NCBI GenBank assembly: GCA_963783575.1 | Contig: CAWAOD010000013.1 | Coordinates: 32,001 to 96,000, forward strand | Length of the DNA stretch: 64,000 nt | DNA from: an uncultured Spirochaetota bacterium | Lineage (GTDB): Bacteria; Spirochaetota; Brevinematia; Brevinematales; JAOACQ01 | Direction: 5' to 3' | In this document: piece by piece, positions 29,772-40,265 of the stretch | Position numbering within the stretch: position 1 is the first letter of the stretch | Layout: each line of letters begins with the position of its first letter | The notes under the pieces: model-generated | What the model was told of the DNA's origin: nothing | What the model saw: the letters and a program-made list of their open reading frames with translations, nothing else | The model's database searches: none | Position numbers and translations under genes: made by a program

Positions 29772-30401
29772 CTACTTACCGCTTTTCAGAAGAAGATTTG
29801 CCGCACTTGCAAGCCTTTGATTAAAATCCGGACTGAACATATGCCTTTTGGACATAGTTATCAAATACGAAGCCGAAGACTTAGAATTATGCTTTAATAT
29901 GGCAATAAAAAGAGTTTCTGCTATGGTTTCGTCTGTAATCTGGGTTGTTAAATTGTTCAAAGCCGTTAATCCTTCAGGCGATGGATGGATTTCTCCGAGT
30001 GCCTGTATCAGCGCTTTTTGACCTTCTTTATCGGTAATATCTTTTAAGTAACTGGCAATCTCTATCGCGTCCTGATTGTTGCCGATTTGCCCCATAGTCC
30101 ATACAGATATAAGAAAGATATCTTTCAGTTGATTTATCCTTTTTTTCCCCTGATTGGCGATCGGATTGGACTGCGCCATTAAGCCGAAGATTTCTTGCCT
30201 GGCGTTTGTAAGCTTTAATTCTCCGATTCTTTTGATTCCTCCGTAAACCATATCCAAATCATCGGATATAAAAGACTCCACTATCTGGTCATAATTTGAG
30301 GCATCCATTGACTTAAAATATTCATCATAGGTAGTTATTTTAGAATATGAAGCTGTAACGGCAAAAACCATTATTACCAGGACAGTTATCAAATATTTCA
30401 C
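29772..30401 (-). CDS. Exported HEAT-repeat-like protein
   Basis: Signal peptide; repeats RIGEL, WTMGQIG, QALGEI; GTG start with RBS AAGGAG. Confidence 0.6.
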   Translation of the reverse strand: MKYLITVLVIMVFAVTASYSKITTYDEYFKSMDASNYDQIVESFISDDLDMVYGGIKRIGELKLTNARQEIFGLMAQSNPIANQGKKRINQLKDIFLISVWTMGQIGNNQDAIEIASYLKDITDKEGQKALIQALGEIHPSPEGLTALNNLTTQITDETIAETLFIAILKHNSKSSASYLITMSKRHMFSPDFNQRLASAANLLLKSGK

Positions 30402-30451
30402 ACTTGTACTCCTTTATTTAAATTATATTATATTGCTCCAATTAAATGATC

Positions 30452-30832
30452 CTAATCGATTAAATTCTCAACCCTTTCTATAAATTGCTTGGGCTGAATG
30501 GGTTTGATAACATACTCATCCACTGGAAGCCAGTCCTCATCGCCCGCGGTCGATTTGAAATCTATATTGGTTTCATTATCCACATTCGTGAGCATAAGTA
30601 TTTTTATTTTTTCAAATTTTGCGTTATTTTTCAGTTCCCTAGCCATCTCGAACCCGGCGTTGCTGTTTTCCATCATTACATCCAGTATGACAAGATCGGG
30701 TATAAATTTTTCCAGTACCTGAAAACCTTCTTTCCTGGAACCGGCTTCTTTAATATCATATTTGCCGGAAAATATCACGGTCAATAACTCCCTCTGGTCC
30801 GGATCGTCATCTATGATTAATATTTTTTTCAT
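30452..30832 (-). CDS. Single-domain response regulator (receiver)
   Basis: ILIIDDD, PDLVILDVMM, MLT, YVIKP. Confidence 0.95.
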   Translation of the reverse strand: MKKILIIDDDPDQRELLTVIFSGKYDIKEAGSRKEGFQVLEKFIPDLVILDVMMENSNAGFEMARELKNNAKFEKIKILMLTNVDNETNIDFKSTAGDEDWLPVDEYVIKPIQPKQFIERVENLID

Positions 30833-31323
30833 AATTCCTCCAAAATACTATTCGCATCATTTGAGAATTTTAACCTAAGGACAGGAATTTTGCAAAAAAA
30901 CTCAAAATATTAATTCTCTATTATGCTATATTTTGCATATTTTTTTAGAGTATTCTAAAATAAATCATAGAGTAATATGTTTTGAAGCATAATTTTAAAT
31001 TATACTGCTTAGATTATTTTTGTGGTTAATTTTTAACCGGAATCAAAGAACACAATGATCTACGGTAAAAATTCGGGGGTGGAAAGACCGATTGTTAAAT
31101 GTTAAAATTTATTAAATATGATTGATGATAACCGTTTCCTGAATCGTCATTTCAACATCCATAACCTGAAAAATCAAATCAAATTAAAAAACGCTGAATC
31201 TTTTTCTATAAAAGAAGCATTAATACATATAGAAAGATCGTTTTAATTTTTACAAACCCCGGGGTATAAGTCCTGCCGATCATCTTTTACTTAAAACCGG
31301 CGGGGATACATAAGGATAATTAA

Positions 31324-33048
31324 ATGAAAGAAGCAATGACCATATGTTCGTTTTGCGGCTGCGGATGCAGCATGTATATGGCAAGCGAAGACAATTCCAT
31401 CACTAAAATCATTCCGGCATTGTCAAATCCTGTCAACCGCGGAAGCCTCTGCATAAAAGGCTGGCATATAAGCGAAGCCTATATCAATCAAAATAGAATT
31501 ACAAAGCCTCTGATCAAAACTAACGGAGAATTCAAAGAAGCGGGTTATGATGAAGCATTGAATCTGATTGCCGATAAATTCTCTTTTTATAAGAAATCTC
31601 AGAATTCAATCGGGGTAATCGGCTCCGCTAAAACTACAAACGAAGAGAATTATCTATTAAACCGCCTTGCCCGTCAGGCATTGGAAACAAACTCAATCGA
31701 CAGCTCTTTCACTCTGCACTATCACTCTCTTTTGGAAAATATCAACGGATTAAATCTAACCATCGGCATGGAAGATATCGAAAACGCGGATTTTATCATC
31801 GTTATCGGTTCGAACCTTCATACCGAAGCGCCTCAGGTTATAAAAAAAGTTTTGAAGGCTTCCGATAAAGGCGCGAAAATCGCGGTGATAGGTTTTCTTT
31901 CAGTTCCTCTTGCGGAAGTATCCGATTACTCGATCCCGATTAATCCGGCTGAGATATCTCAATTCCTGCAGAACTTTAAGGATATATTAAATTCCCCCGG
32001 GACGGATAAAGTTTCCGATGATATGATAACAGATATTGCATTGTCATATAAGAAATCGAAAAATCCCGTTGTTATAATCGGCGAAGATGTTTTTAAAAGT
32101 ACCCTTTCGAAACCGGGATTTAAAGTTTTATCTGAAATTTTTCAAGGAAGGATATTTCCGCTTTTTACAATAAACAATATTCTCGGCGCTGTATCTTATG
32201 GAATTTCACCTTATGCTGATAATAAATATTTAGCCGGGAAATGGAATGCAGAACTGCCGGCAGACAGGGGATTGAATATTTTCGAAATGCTTGATGCCTC
32301 CAATAACGGCAGTATGAAATGTATGTATATAGTCGGTGAGGATTTGCTCGCTGATGCCGGGGATTATAGCAGAGTAAAAAAGTCTCTTGAAAATCTTGAA
32401 TTCCTGGTCGTGCAGGATTTATTTATGACAGAAACCGCGAAATTGGCGGATGTCATTCTTCCCGCGGCCGGTTCTCTCGAGAAAAAAGGCACTTTTACAA
32501 ATATGGAAGGAAAACGCCAGCATTTTATGCCCGTTATCGACCCTATCGGCGAATCGAAACCGGATTCGGAAATTTTTATGGAATTATCGGGAAGGTTGGG
32601 AATTAAGCTTCCTTATGGCGATGTAAACGAAATAACCGAAGAAATTAAGGATATTGATTTATTTAAAAATAAAATTTTCATAACCGGAAATATATCCATT
32701 CCTGAGGAAAACACCGGTGATAGTTTTCCCCTGTGGATAAAAGCGGACAATACCCGTCTGAAGTATCATTCCGGAAGCCTGCTTAAAAACTCGTATTTCT
32801 TAGAGCGTGAAATGGAGCCTGCTGCCGTTCTGGTACATCCGGACCAGGCAAAGGCAAACCAGCTTAGAAATAACGAAAAAGTAAAAATTACTACAAAATA
32901 CGGGGAAATATTAAGAAATGTCCTGATATCAAACGATATCCCGAAAGGAAGCATCGTTTTAAGAACAAATATCAGCGATTATTCCCATACCATGGTATTA
33001 CCGGCAGGGTTATTATGGACGCCGGGTAGATTGGAGAAATTATCATGA
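31324..33048 (+). CDS. Formate dehydrogenase alpha-like molybdopterin-family protein lacking the Mo/W-ligand Cys/Sec
   Basis: CSFCGCGC...LCIKG 4Fe-4S motif, SAKTTNEENY, VVQDLFMTETA...ADVILPAA...EKKGTFTN; NSIDSSFTLHY where FdhF-type enzymes have NNxDxCARx(C/U)H. Confidence 0.85.
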   Translation: MKEAMTICSFCGCGCSMYMASEDNSITKIIPALSNPVNRGSLCIKGWHISEAYINQNRITKPLIKTNGEFKEAGYDEALNLIADKFSFYKKSQNSIGVIGSAKTTNEENYLLNRLARQALETNSIDSSFTLHYHSLLENINGLNLTIGMEDIENADFIIVIGSNLHTEAPQVIKKVLKASDKGAKIAVIGFLSVPLAEVSDYSIPINPAEISQFLQNFKDILNSPGTDKVSDDMITDIALSYKKSKNPVVIIGEDVFKSTLSKPGFKVLSEIFQGRIFPLFTINNILGAVSYGISPYADNKYLAGKWNAELPADRGLNIFEMLDASNNGSMKCMYIVGEDLLADAGDYSRVKKSLENLEFLVVQDLFMTETAKLADVILPAAGSLEKKGTFTNMEGKRQHFMPVIDPIGESKPDSEIFMELSGRLGIKLPYGDVNEITEEIKDIDLFKNKIFITGNISIPEENTGDSFPLWIKADNTRLKYHSGSLLKNSYFLEREMEPAAVLVHPDQAKANQLRNNEKVKITTKYGEILRNVLISNDIPKGSIVLRTNISDYSHTMVLPAGLLWTPGRLEKLS

Positions 33049-34091
33049 ATAAAATAAAACTTATTGATAAAGGCAAACTTTCCGCCTGGATTGAAGGCAT
33101 CATAAAAAAATACAGGGTTTTCGCTCCTCAGAAAATCGGCGAAAATGAATATATTTTTAAGGACCTGGTTTCACCTGATAAAATCTCGCTTGATTATATC
33201 AACCCGGTTATTTCACCCATAAAAGATCTGCTTTTCCCGATGAATGAAAAATTGATAGATTACAAAAAAAAGGAAAACGGATGGGAAACAAAGACCGAAG
33301 AAATCAAAGAGAAAACCGTGCTTTTCGGAATGCGTTCATGTGATCTGTCGGCTTTAATATTCATGGATAAATTCTTCCTTGAAGGGTTTAAGGATAATTA
33401 TTACGCGGCAAGAAGGGAAAATCTTTTTACTGTAAATGTAAGCTGTCTTAATCCCGCGGAATACTGCTTCTGCGTCTGCGCGGATGCCGGACCATCTAAG
33501 GACGATGGTTTTGATGTTCAGCTAACCGATATCGGCGGTAAATACCTGGTCGAAATAGGTTCCGGAAAGGGCGAGGAACTTGTAAATATTGATTCTTCTT
33601 TATTTACAGAGGCATCCCCCGATGATCTTAAGAAAAAGCATGATTTGATTCTTGAAATAAGGAACAATAAATTCAAACTACCGACCACATATTTTTCCAA
33701 AGCGATCCGGCATGTAACAGCCGATGATATAAGCGAAAAGGAATGGAATAAGCTCGGGGCAAGGTGCATCGCCTGCGGAAGCTGTTCATACATCTGCCCG
33801 ACCTGTACCTGTTTTAATGTTATCGACATTGAGAAAAAACCCGGAGAGGGTTCGAGATACAGGACCTGGGATTCATGCATGTACGGCGGTTTTACCAGGG
33901 AAGTGTCGGGGCATAATCCCCGTCCGACTCAGAAGGAAAGGGTGAAAAGACGCTATTACCATAAGCTTAGCTATTATTACCTGAGGAAAATGGGAACACA
34001 TGGATGCGTGGGCTGCGGCAGGTGCGTTATATCCTGCCTGGGCAGCATTGATATGTTCGATGTCAGTAAAGATATCAGAAGGAACGGATAA
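33045..34091 (+). CDS. 4Fe-4S dicluster protein, AsrA / sulfhydrogenase beta / FlxB-like
   Basis: GMRSCD, CFCVC, CIACGSCSYICPTCTCF, RTWDSC, GCVGCGRCVISC. Confidence 0.9.
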   Translation: MNKIKLIDKGKLSAWIEGIIKKYRVFAPQKIGENEYIFKDLVSPDKISLDYINPVISPIKDLLFPMNEKLIDYKKKENGWETKTEEIKEKTVLFGMRSCDLSALIFMDKFFLEGFKDNYYAARRENLFTVNVSCLNPAEYCFCVCADAGPSKDDGFDVQLTDIGGKYLVEIGSGKGEELVNIDSSLFTEASPDDLKKKHDLILEIRNNKFKLPTTYFSKAIRHVTADDISEKEWNKLGARCIACGSCSYICPTCTCFNVIDIEKKPGEGSRYRTWDSCMYGGFTREVSGHNPRPTQKERVKRRYYHKLSYYYLRKMGTHGCVGCGRCVISCLGSIDMFDVSKDIRRNG

Positions 34092-34919
34092 ATGGAAAAC
34101 ATATATTTATCGCAGGAAGCTGTAATCAGGGATATAAAACAGGAAACTTTCGACACAAAGACTTTTTTCCTTTCGTTCAGGGATAAAAATATTCAGAAAA
34201 ATTTTGAATACAAGCCGGGGCAGTTTATTGAAGCTTCCCTGTATGGATATGGTGAAGCTCCTTTCGGAATGGCCACATCCCCGACACGCAAAGATTATTT
34301 TATAACGACGATACGCTCGGTCGGTAAACTGACACAGGCCATCCATTCACTTAAAATCGGGGATACTATCGGCGTGAGGGGACCGTTTGGGAACAGTTTC
34401 CCATTTGAGGAAGTAAAAGGGAAAAATATTTTATTCATCGGGGGCGGCATCGGCCTTCCGCCTTTAAGGTCTCTCATACATTATATGATGGACAAACGTT
34501 CCGATTATAAAGATATTACGATACTCTACGGAGCAAGAACACCTAAAGACCTTGTTTATAAGGAAGAATTAAAGGAATGGGAAAACAGCAAAGATATTAG
34601 TTTTTATGTTACAGTAGATGCAGCCGATGGCGAATGGAAAGGAAACGTCGGAGTTGTTCCGCTTCTATTGAACAAAATAAAGCTTGATATTCCAAACACT
34701 GTGGCTTTTGTGTGCGGACCTCCTATTATGATAAAATTTGTTATCCAGGATCTTCTGAAATTGAATTTCGCCGAGGAAAATATTATTACAACCCTGGAAA
34801 GATATATGAAATGCGGAGTCGGTAAGTGCGGGCATTGCGCCATCGGATACAAATATGTCTGCATGGATGGGCCGGTTTTTAATTATAAACAGATAAAAAA
34901 CCTGCCGGAAAAGGCATAA
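34092..34919 (+). CDS. FAD/NAD(P)-binding 2Fe-2S subunit, AsrB / sulfhydrogenase gamma / FlxA-like
   Basis: KPGQF, GEAP, RGPFGN, GGGIGLPPLRS, CGPPIM, MKCGVGKCGHC...CMDGPVF. Confidence 0.92.
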   Translation: MENIYLSQEAVIRDIKQETFDTKTFFLSFRDKNIQKNFEYKPGQFIEASLYGYGEAPFGMATSPTRKDYFITTIRSVGKLTQAIHSLKIGDTIGVRGPFGNSFPFEEVKGKNILFIGGGIGLPPLRSLIHYMMDKRSDYKDITILYGARTPKDLVYKEELKEWENSKDISFYVTVDAADGEWKGNVGVVPLLLNKIKLDIPNTVAFVCGPPIMIKFVIQDLLKLNFAEENIITTLERYMKCGVGKCGHCAIGYKYVCMDGPVFNYKQIKNLPEKA

Positions 34920-34944
34920 TGATTATAAAATCAGGGATAAAAAA

Positions 34945-36966
34945 ATGATTGAATATTTAATTTACGCTGTAATCGCCGGGTTTATTCTTACCTGCTTTAC
35001 CGTAAGATTCAGGAAGCTTTGCGGGTATATAGCATTCTTTACCATATTATTAATAAGTATCGGCGTGTTCTATATTGTTTATCAGGTCTTCAGCACATCG
35101 TCGCCTGTAAAGATCGACGAACCTCTTATGATACTTCCGGTTATAGGGGCGCAGCTTGTTTTTAACATCGATAAAATGGGGGCTTTATTCCTATCGCTGA
35201 TCGCCGTAATCTCGCTGCTTGCTTCGCTTTATTCAATTGATTATATGGACAGCTACAAAGAAGAAAGCCTTTTAAGGTTCTATCCTTTTTTGATACTTTT
35301 TGTTCTCAGCATGATAGGGGTGGTTATTGTTTCCGACCTGTTTTTCTTTTTCGTATTCTGGGAGTTTATGACATTATCGTCATATTTTCTTGTTATTTTT
35401 GAAAAAAAAGACCCGGTAGTACTAAAAGCCGGGTTTAAATACTTTTTGATGACCCACATTGGAACAGCTTTAATGTTTATTGCAGCTTTCGTTCTTCAGT
35501 CCTATGCCGGTACATTCAGATTTGACGGCATTGAACAGGCCATTGGTTCAATGGCTGTAAAAGCCACATTCGGCCTGCATATTGTCCTGGCTTTGTTCTT
35601 TATCGGGTTTGCGACAAAATCGGGCGTTTACCCATTCGGAACATGGCTGCCGGATGCCCATCCCGCGGCTCCTTCCGGAATCTCCGCGATGCTGTCGGGA
35701 GTTATGATAAAAATGGGGATTTTCGGGATACTCCGCATTTTCTTGTATATACTCCCTGTTTCTGACTTTTCAGTGCTCTGGGGGATTATCATCGCTGTCT
35801 TTGGGACATTGTCAATTTTGATCGGCACATTTAACGCCCTTGTCCAGAAGGATTCTAAAAGACTGCTGGCTTTCCACAGCATCGGCCAGATCGGGTATGT
35901 TCTTCTGGCTGTCGGAATTGGTATAAGCTTTATGAAGGATAACCCGGCCATCGCAACGATAGCATTAATCGCAGGTTTATTCCATATGATAAACCATGCC
36001 TTCTTCAAGAGCCTTTTGTTTTTAAACGCCGGATCGATATTATTCAAAACCGGGATAAAAAACCTGAACAATCTTGGCGGATTATGGAACATCATTCCAC
36101 TTACGGCTGTGACAGCGCTTGTTGCCTCTCTTTCCATTTCAGGAATACCGCCGTTTAACGGATTTGTCAGCAAATGGCTTATCTATCAGGTATCCATCCT
36201 CGGGGGAATCAAGGTTCCTTTATTCGTATCATGCGGAGTCGTGGCGATTTTTTTATCGGCTATAACTATGGCTTCATTTATTAAGTTTTTCTCCACTTCA
36301 TTTCTCGGGGATTTACCATGTGACATTAAAGATCATATAACCGCAAAAAGAATGCCCGCGGGAATGAATATTTCACAAATAATCCTTGCGCTTATCTGCC
36401 TGGGGTTGGGTCTTGCGCCGTTGTTCCCGGTAAAACTTATTTATGACTCACTAGCCGGGTCAAAACTTGCCGATACTTTACCGCAATTCGGTTCAATATT
36501 CAACGGCAGCGCCGGCGGGATCGGGATCCTTATAGACGGTAAAGAAACCGGGGTATGGAAGCCTCTGGTAATAGTACTAATATTCCTGGGGCTGGTTCTT
36601 TTATCTTACTTAATTTCAAAACTTGGCGGCTCAAAAAAAAGGGTCGTACCGGTCTGGCTATGCGGAGAGGAATACGACAGGGAGCAGGTTCGGTACAGGG
36701 CTCATAGTTTTTATTTATCGCTGCAGCATCTTATTGAGGGGTGGTTTTTCCCCAAGATTTTGATACCGGGTAAAGAAAAACCGGAGCGAGTTTATAATTC
36801 AATGAATTTCGATAATATCGCGTTTTATCCTTTAGCCAGGTGGATAGTAAACCTCGCAGATAAAATAAAAAAGAGCCACAGCGGAATACCGCAAATCTAT
36901 ATGCTGTGGCAGGTTCTGGGTGTAATTATTGCGGTAACCCTTATAATCCTCGCTGGAGGTAAATAG
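34945..36966 (+). CDS. hyfB: Group 4 hydrogenase antiporter-like membrane subunit (HyfB/HycC)
   Basis: FWEFMTLSSY, WLPDAHPAAPS, KRLLAFHSI, NHAFFKSLLFL, PPFNGFVSKW. Confidence 0.85.
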   Translation: MIEYLIYAVIAGFILTCFTVRFRKLCGYIAFFTILLISIGVFYIVYQVFSTSSPVKIDEPLMILPVIGAQLVFNIDKMGALFLSLIAVISLLASLYSIDYMDSYKEESLLRFYPFLILFVLSMIGVVIVSDLFFFFVFWEFMTLSSYFLVIFEKKDPVVLKAGFKYFLMTHIGTALMFIAAFVLQSYAGTFRFDGIEQAIGSMAVKATFGLHIVLALFFIGFATKSGVYPFGTWLPDAHPAAPSGISAMLSGVMIKMGIFGILRIFLYILPVSDFSVLWGIIIAVFGTLSILIGTFNALVQKDSKRLLAFHSIGQIGYVLLAVGIGISFMKDNPAIATIALIAGLFHMINHAFFKSLLFLNAGSILFKTGIKNLNNLGGLWNIIPLTAVTALVASLSISGIPPFNGFVSKWLIYQVSILGGIKVPLFVSCGVVAIFLSAITMASFIKFFSTSFLGDLPCDIKDHITAKRMPAGMNISQIILALICLGLGLAPLFPVKLIYDSLAGSKLADTLPQFGSIFNGSAGGIGILIDGKETGVWKPLVIVLIFLGLVLLSYLISKLGGSKKRVVPVWLCGEEYDREQVRYRAHSFYLSLQHLIEGWFFPKILIPGKEKPERVYNSMNFDNIAFYPLARWIVNLADKIKKSHSGIPQIYMLWQVLGVIIAVTLIILAGGK

Positions 36967-36967
36967 T

Positions 36968-38659
36968 ATGAATGGAAATGAATTGATATCAAAATTAAAA
37001 AGCAAATTTAATGACAGCATAGTCAATGCGGTTGAAAAAACGCCTTCAAGGGTTTTTATTACTGTTCCAAAGAATAAAATCAAAGAAATTACAGGATATA
37101 TTTCAAAGGATATGAAAGCCCGGTTTCAGGTCAGCGTAGGGACCGACAGCAGGAATAAAAACGGGAATTTTCAGATTACGCATATTTTTTCACTGGATAA
37201 AGAAAAGCTTTACATTATTGTTCATGCCCTGGTTCATCCCGATGACCCGAATATAGACTCAATAGCGAATGATATTCCGGCGGCAAACTGGACCGAAAGG
37301 GAATTCAGGGATATGATCGGCGTCAACCCGGTTGGGCATCCTGACCCCAGAAGGCTTGTACTGGCTGATGATTGGCCGGATGATGTTTATCCTTTAAGGA
37401 AGGACTTCCCATACGACTGTAAAGTACCATCGGTGTCGCCCGGTTCTCCGGGACCGAGAATCGTAATGAAAGCGCCGCCCGAAGGGGCTTCGGTAATACC
37501 GATAGGCCCGTTTTACCCGGTGCTTGAGGAGCCTTCGCAGTGGAGAATTTTTGTCGAGGGTGAATCAATTGTCGGCTGCGATTACAGGGGATTTTACGTC
37601 CACAGGGGAATTGAAAAACTTGGAGACAGCGTACTGACATACAACCAGATTCCGTTTATCGCTGAAAGAATCTGCGGGATTTGCGGTTTCGTTCATTCCA
37701 GCTGCTACTGCCAGGCTGTTGAGAACGCGGCGGGAATTGAAATTCCGGAAAGATCGAAGTTTATAAGAAGCATTCTTCTTGAACTGGAAAGAATCCACAG
37801 CCATCTGTTGTGGCTCGGGATCGCCGGGCATATCATCGGCTTCGATACCGTTCTTATGCAAAGCTGGAGGATAAGGGAGCCTGTGATGTGGCTGACCGAA
37901 AGAATCACCGGGCATAGAAAAACTTATGGCATGAACCTCATCGGAGGTGTAAGGAGAGACATAACAAAAGAAATGTGCCAGGATATAACAAATGTTATAA
38001 ATAAAGTTGAAAAAGAATGGACTGCAGTGATTAACGCGATCGGAGGCGATACCCCGCTGTTTATGAGGCTCAGGAATGTCGGTGTGCTCAGCCATGAAAA
38101 CGCGCTTAAAACCTCTGTTCTGGGGCCGACGGCGAGAGGTTCCGGAGTGGATATAGACGCAAGGACGGATCACCCGTTCGCGGCTTATGAATATATCCCG
38201 GTCAACAGGATTGTTCATAATGAAGGCGATATAATGTCAAGGACTATGGTCAGGCTTGAAGAAACACTCGAATCAATAAGGATCATTAAAGAATGCATGA
38301 AGCTGATGCCGGAAGGCCCGATCATGGCGAAAGTTCCGGACACGATACCGGACGGACTTGAAGGCGTAAGCGTTGTCGAACCGCCCAGGGGCGAAGTGAT
38401 TCACTATATAATGACCGGGGGTGACAACCGTCCTTACAGGTGGCGTGTCAGGGCCCCTACATATTTTAACCTTCAGGCTGTTCCTATAATGATAGAAAAT
38501 GTTACAATCGCCGATGTCCCGATCACCCTTGGAAGCATTGACCCATGCTTTTCCTGCACCGAAAGGATGGAGGTCGTGGACGTTAAGAAAGGCGACATTA
38601 AAGTATATTCGCAGGATGACTTACTGGCGTTGTCAAGGAAGAAGTATGGTGATAAATGA
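36968..38659 (+). CDS. hycE: Group 4 [NiFe]-hydrogenase large subunit (NuoC+D-like, HycE/HyfG)
   Basis: GHPDPRRLVL, HRGIEK, L1 ERICGICGFVH, L2 DPCFSCTER followed by a C-terminal extension. Confidence 0.93.
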   Translation: MNGNELISKLKSKFNDSIVNAVEKTPSRVFITVPKNKIKEITGYISKDMKARFQVSVGTDSRNKNGNFQITHIFSLDKEKLYIIVHALVHPDDPNIDSIANDIPAANWTEREFRDMIGVNPVGHPDPRRLVLADDWPDDVYPLRKDFPYDCKVPSVSPGSPGPRIVMKAPPEGASVIPIGPFYPVLEEPSQWRIFVEGESIVGCDYRGFYVHRGIEKLGDSVLTYNQIPFIAERICGICGFVHSSCYCQAVENAAGIEIPERSKFIRSILLELERIHSHLLWLGIAGHIIGFDTVLMQSWRIREPVMWLTERITGHRKTYGMNLIGGVRRDITKEMCQDITNVINKVEKEWTAVINAIGGDTPLFMRLRNVGVLSHENALKTSVLGPTARGSGVDIDARTDHPFAAYEYIPVNRIVHNEGDIMSRTMVRLEETLESIRIIKECMKLMPEGPIMAKVPDTIPDGLEGVSVVEPPRGEVIHYIMTGGDNRPYRWRVRAPTYFNLQAVPIMIENVTIADVPITLGSIDPCFSCTERMEVVDVKKGDIKVYSQDDLLALSRKKYGDK

Positions 38660-38670
38660 CAATTATGGGT

Positions 38671-38741
38671 CGAGCATCCTGCCTGGCCTGCCTACAACGG
38701 GATATCCGGCAGGTAGGCGGCAGACAGGTCATGCTTGCTCG
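38671..38741. repeat. GC-rich nested palindrome (REP-like) in the hycE-hyfC spacer
   Basis: GAGCAT-CCTGCCTG-GCCTGCCT...AGGTAGGC-GG-CAGACAGG-TC-ATGCTT. Confidence 0.55.
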
Positions 38742-38753
38742 GGAGGAAAGTAA

Positions 38754-39653
38754 ATGGTTTGGTTAGCAATTATAAATGTTTTGCTTGTAATACTGCTTTC
38801 GCCGCTTTATGAAGGCATTATAAGAAAAGTGAAGGCTTTTGTCCATTCGAGAAAAGGCCCGCCGGTTTACCAACCTTACATTGACCTGTTAAAGCTTTTA
38901 GGTAAAGAGGATCTGCGGGTATCAGGCAATATCCTGATCGGCCTGGCTCCTGTGGTGTGTTTCGCAAGCGTGTTGATGGTTGCAATGCTGACTCCAATCG
39001 GAACAATAGTTTCTCCGCTGGGATTCGGCGGGGATGCCATTGTTATGATATATTTTATAGCTTTATCAGCTTTCGCTATTATGATCGGCGCGGCGGCAAC
39101 TGAAAACCCGTACGCCTTTGTCGGCTTAAACAGAAAGATGATGCTGTATCTTGTACTTGAAATTATAGTTGTAATAGCGATTCTCGCGGGAGTCATCAAA
39201 AGCGGTTCTTTCCAGATCTCGGATATTGTCAGGAGAGTTTTAAAAAACGGCATGTCTGTCTCGACCGTGCTTGCCGCGGCGGCGTTTTTCCTTGTAATCC
39301 AGGCTCAGCTCGCGAAACTGCCTTTTGATGTATCCGAAGCCGAGCAGGAATTGATGGAAGGTCCTTTTATAGAGGCTTCCGGCCCAAGGCTCGCCCTTTT
39401 TAAATGGAGCTTTTACGCGAAACAGATAATATATTCATCGCTGTTTCTGGAAATGTTCATCCCATGGCCGAAGACATACATTATACCGTTGGATATACTG
39501 ATAAACCTGGCTAAAGTATTGGCCGTGATGCTTCTGATAGGGGTCATTGACGTTGTAAATCCGAGGCTTCGTATAGACCAGGCTATAAAGTATTATACAG
39601 GAGTATCGATAGTAGCTTTGATCGGGCTTTCATTCGCGGTGATAGGAGCGTAA
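38754..39653 (+). CDS. hyfC: NuoH-like membrane subunit (HyfC/HycD)
   Basis: RKVKA...RKGPPVYQPYIDLLKLLGK, LPFDVSEAEQELMEGPFIE. Confidence 0.9.
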   Translation: MVWLAIINVLLVILLSPLYEGIIRKVKAFVHSRKGPPVYQPYIDLLKLLGKEDLRVSGNILIGLAPVVCFASVLMVAMLTPIGTIVSPLGFGGDAIVMIYFIALSAFAIMIGAAATENPYAFVGLNRKMMLYLVLEIIVVIAILAGVIKSGSFQISDIVRRVLKNGMSVSTVLAAAAFFLVIQAQLAKLPFDVSEAEQELMEGPFIEASGPRLALFKWSFYAKQIIYSSLFLEMFIPWPKTYIIPLDILINLAKVLAVMLLIGVIDVVNPRLRIDQAIKYYTGVSIVALIGLSFAVIGA

Positions 39654-39809
39654 ATTAGCGGCTAGATATTAGTCGCTATTCGTTAGCTATCTGATATAGT
39701 CAGTTTCTGTTTTTATTTATGTATAGTAGCGGAAAGCCAAATTGATTTGTAATCCTTCGTTCGGATAAGGATTATATAATGGTCAAGCGGCACGCTTGAG
39801 GAAAAGTTT

Positions 39810-40250
39810 ATGTTTTTAAGCAAGATTAAAGAAGCGATAATATGCTTCAAAGCCGGAAGGGTCACAATGCCCTACCCATTGGGCGCGGAAGGAAACCCTC
39901 CGAAGGAATGGTTCAGGGGAAGGGTCCATCTTGATCCAACTAAATGTATCGGCTGCGGCGGCTGTGCAAATGTTTGCCCACCGGGTTTGATAAAAATAAT
40001 CGATGTCGACGGCAAAAGGTTTATTGAAAGGGATCTTTTCCGCTGTATTTACTGCGGCAGGTGCGTTGAGGAATGCCCGGAAAAGGCCATCACAATGTCT
40101 GAGGATTATGAACTCGCAACCGATCATAAAGAAGATCTCTTAATCCGGCAGGAGATAGATATGGCGACCTGCCAGAGGTGCGGAAGATGTTTTGACCGGA
40201 ATTTAAAGAATCCGCTGGATAAAATGATGATAAAAGGCTTTAGAAGCTGA
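39810..40250 (+). CDS. hycF: NuoI-like 2x[4Fe-4S] subunit (HycF/HyfH)
   Basis: TMPYP, FRG, CIGCGGCANVCP, CIYCGRCVEECP, extra CQRCG. Confidence 0.88.
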   Translation: MFLSKIKEAIICFKAGRVTMPYPLGAEGNPPKEWFRGRVHLDPTKCIGCGGCANVCPPGLIKIIDVDGKRFIERDLFRCIYCGRCVEECPEKAITMSEDYELATDHKEDLLIRQEIDMATCQRCGRCFDRNLKNPLDKMMIKGFRS

Positions 40251-40265
40251 TCCCGGAGGTTAAAG

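Noticed and set aside
31021..31040. Rex operator upstream of the hydrogenase operon
   Set aside because: GGTTAA-TTT-TTAACC has a 3-nt spacer and outer bases that do not fit TTGTGAA-N4-TTCACAA
31690..31730. Selenocysteine recoding in the FDH-like gene
   Set aside because: No in-frame TGA; the ligand position is an ordinary His codon
33045..34919. Anaerobic sulfite reductase or group 3b sulfhydrogenase
   Set aside because: No AsrC siroheme subunit and no group 3b alpha/delta subunits; the adjacent hydrogenase has group 4 motifs
37565..38218. Long antisense ORFs (also 5161-5688, 35628-36173, 49401-49814)
   Set aside because: They shadow well-supported genes on the opposite strand and show no motifs
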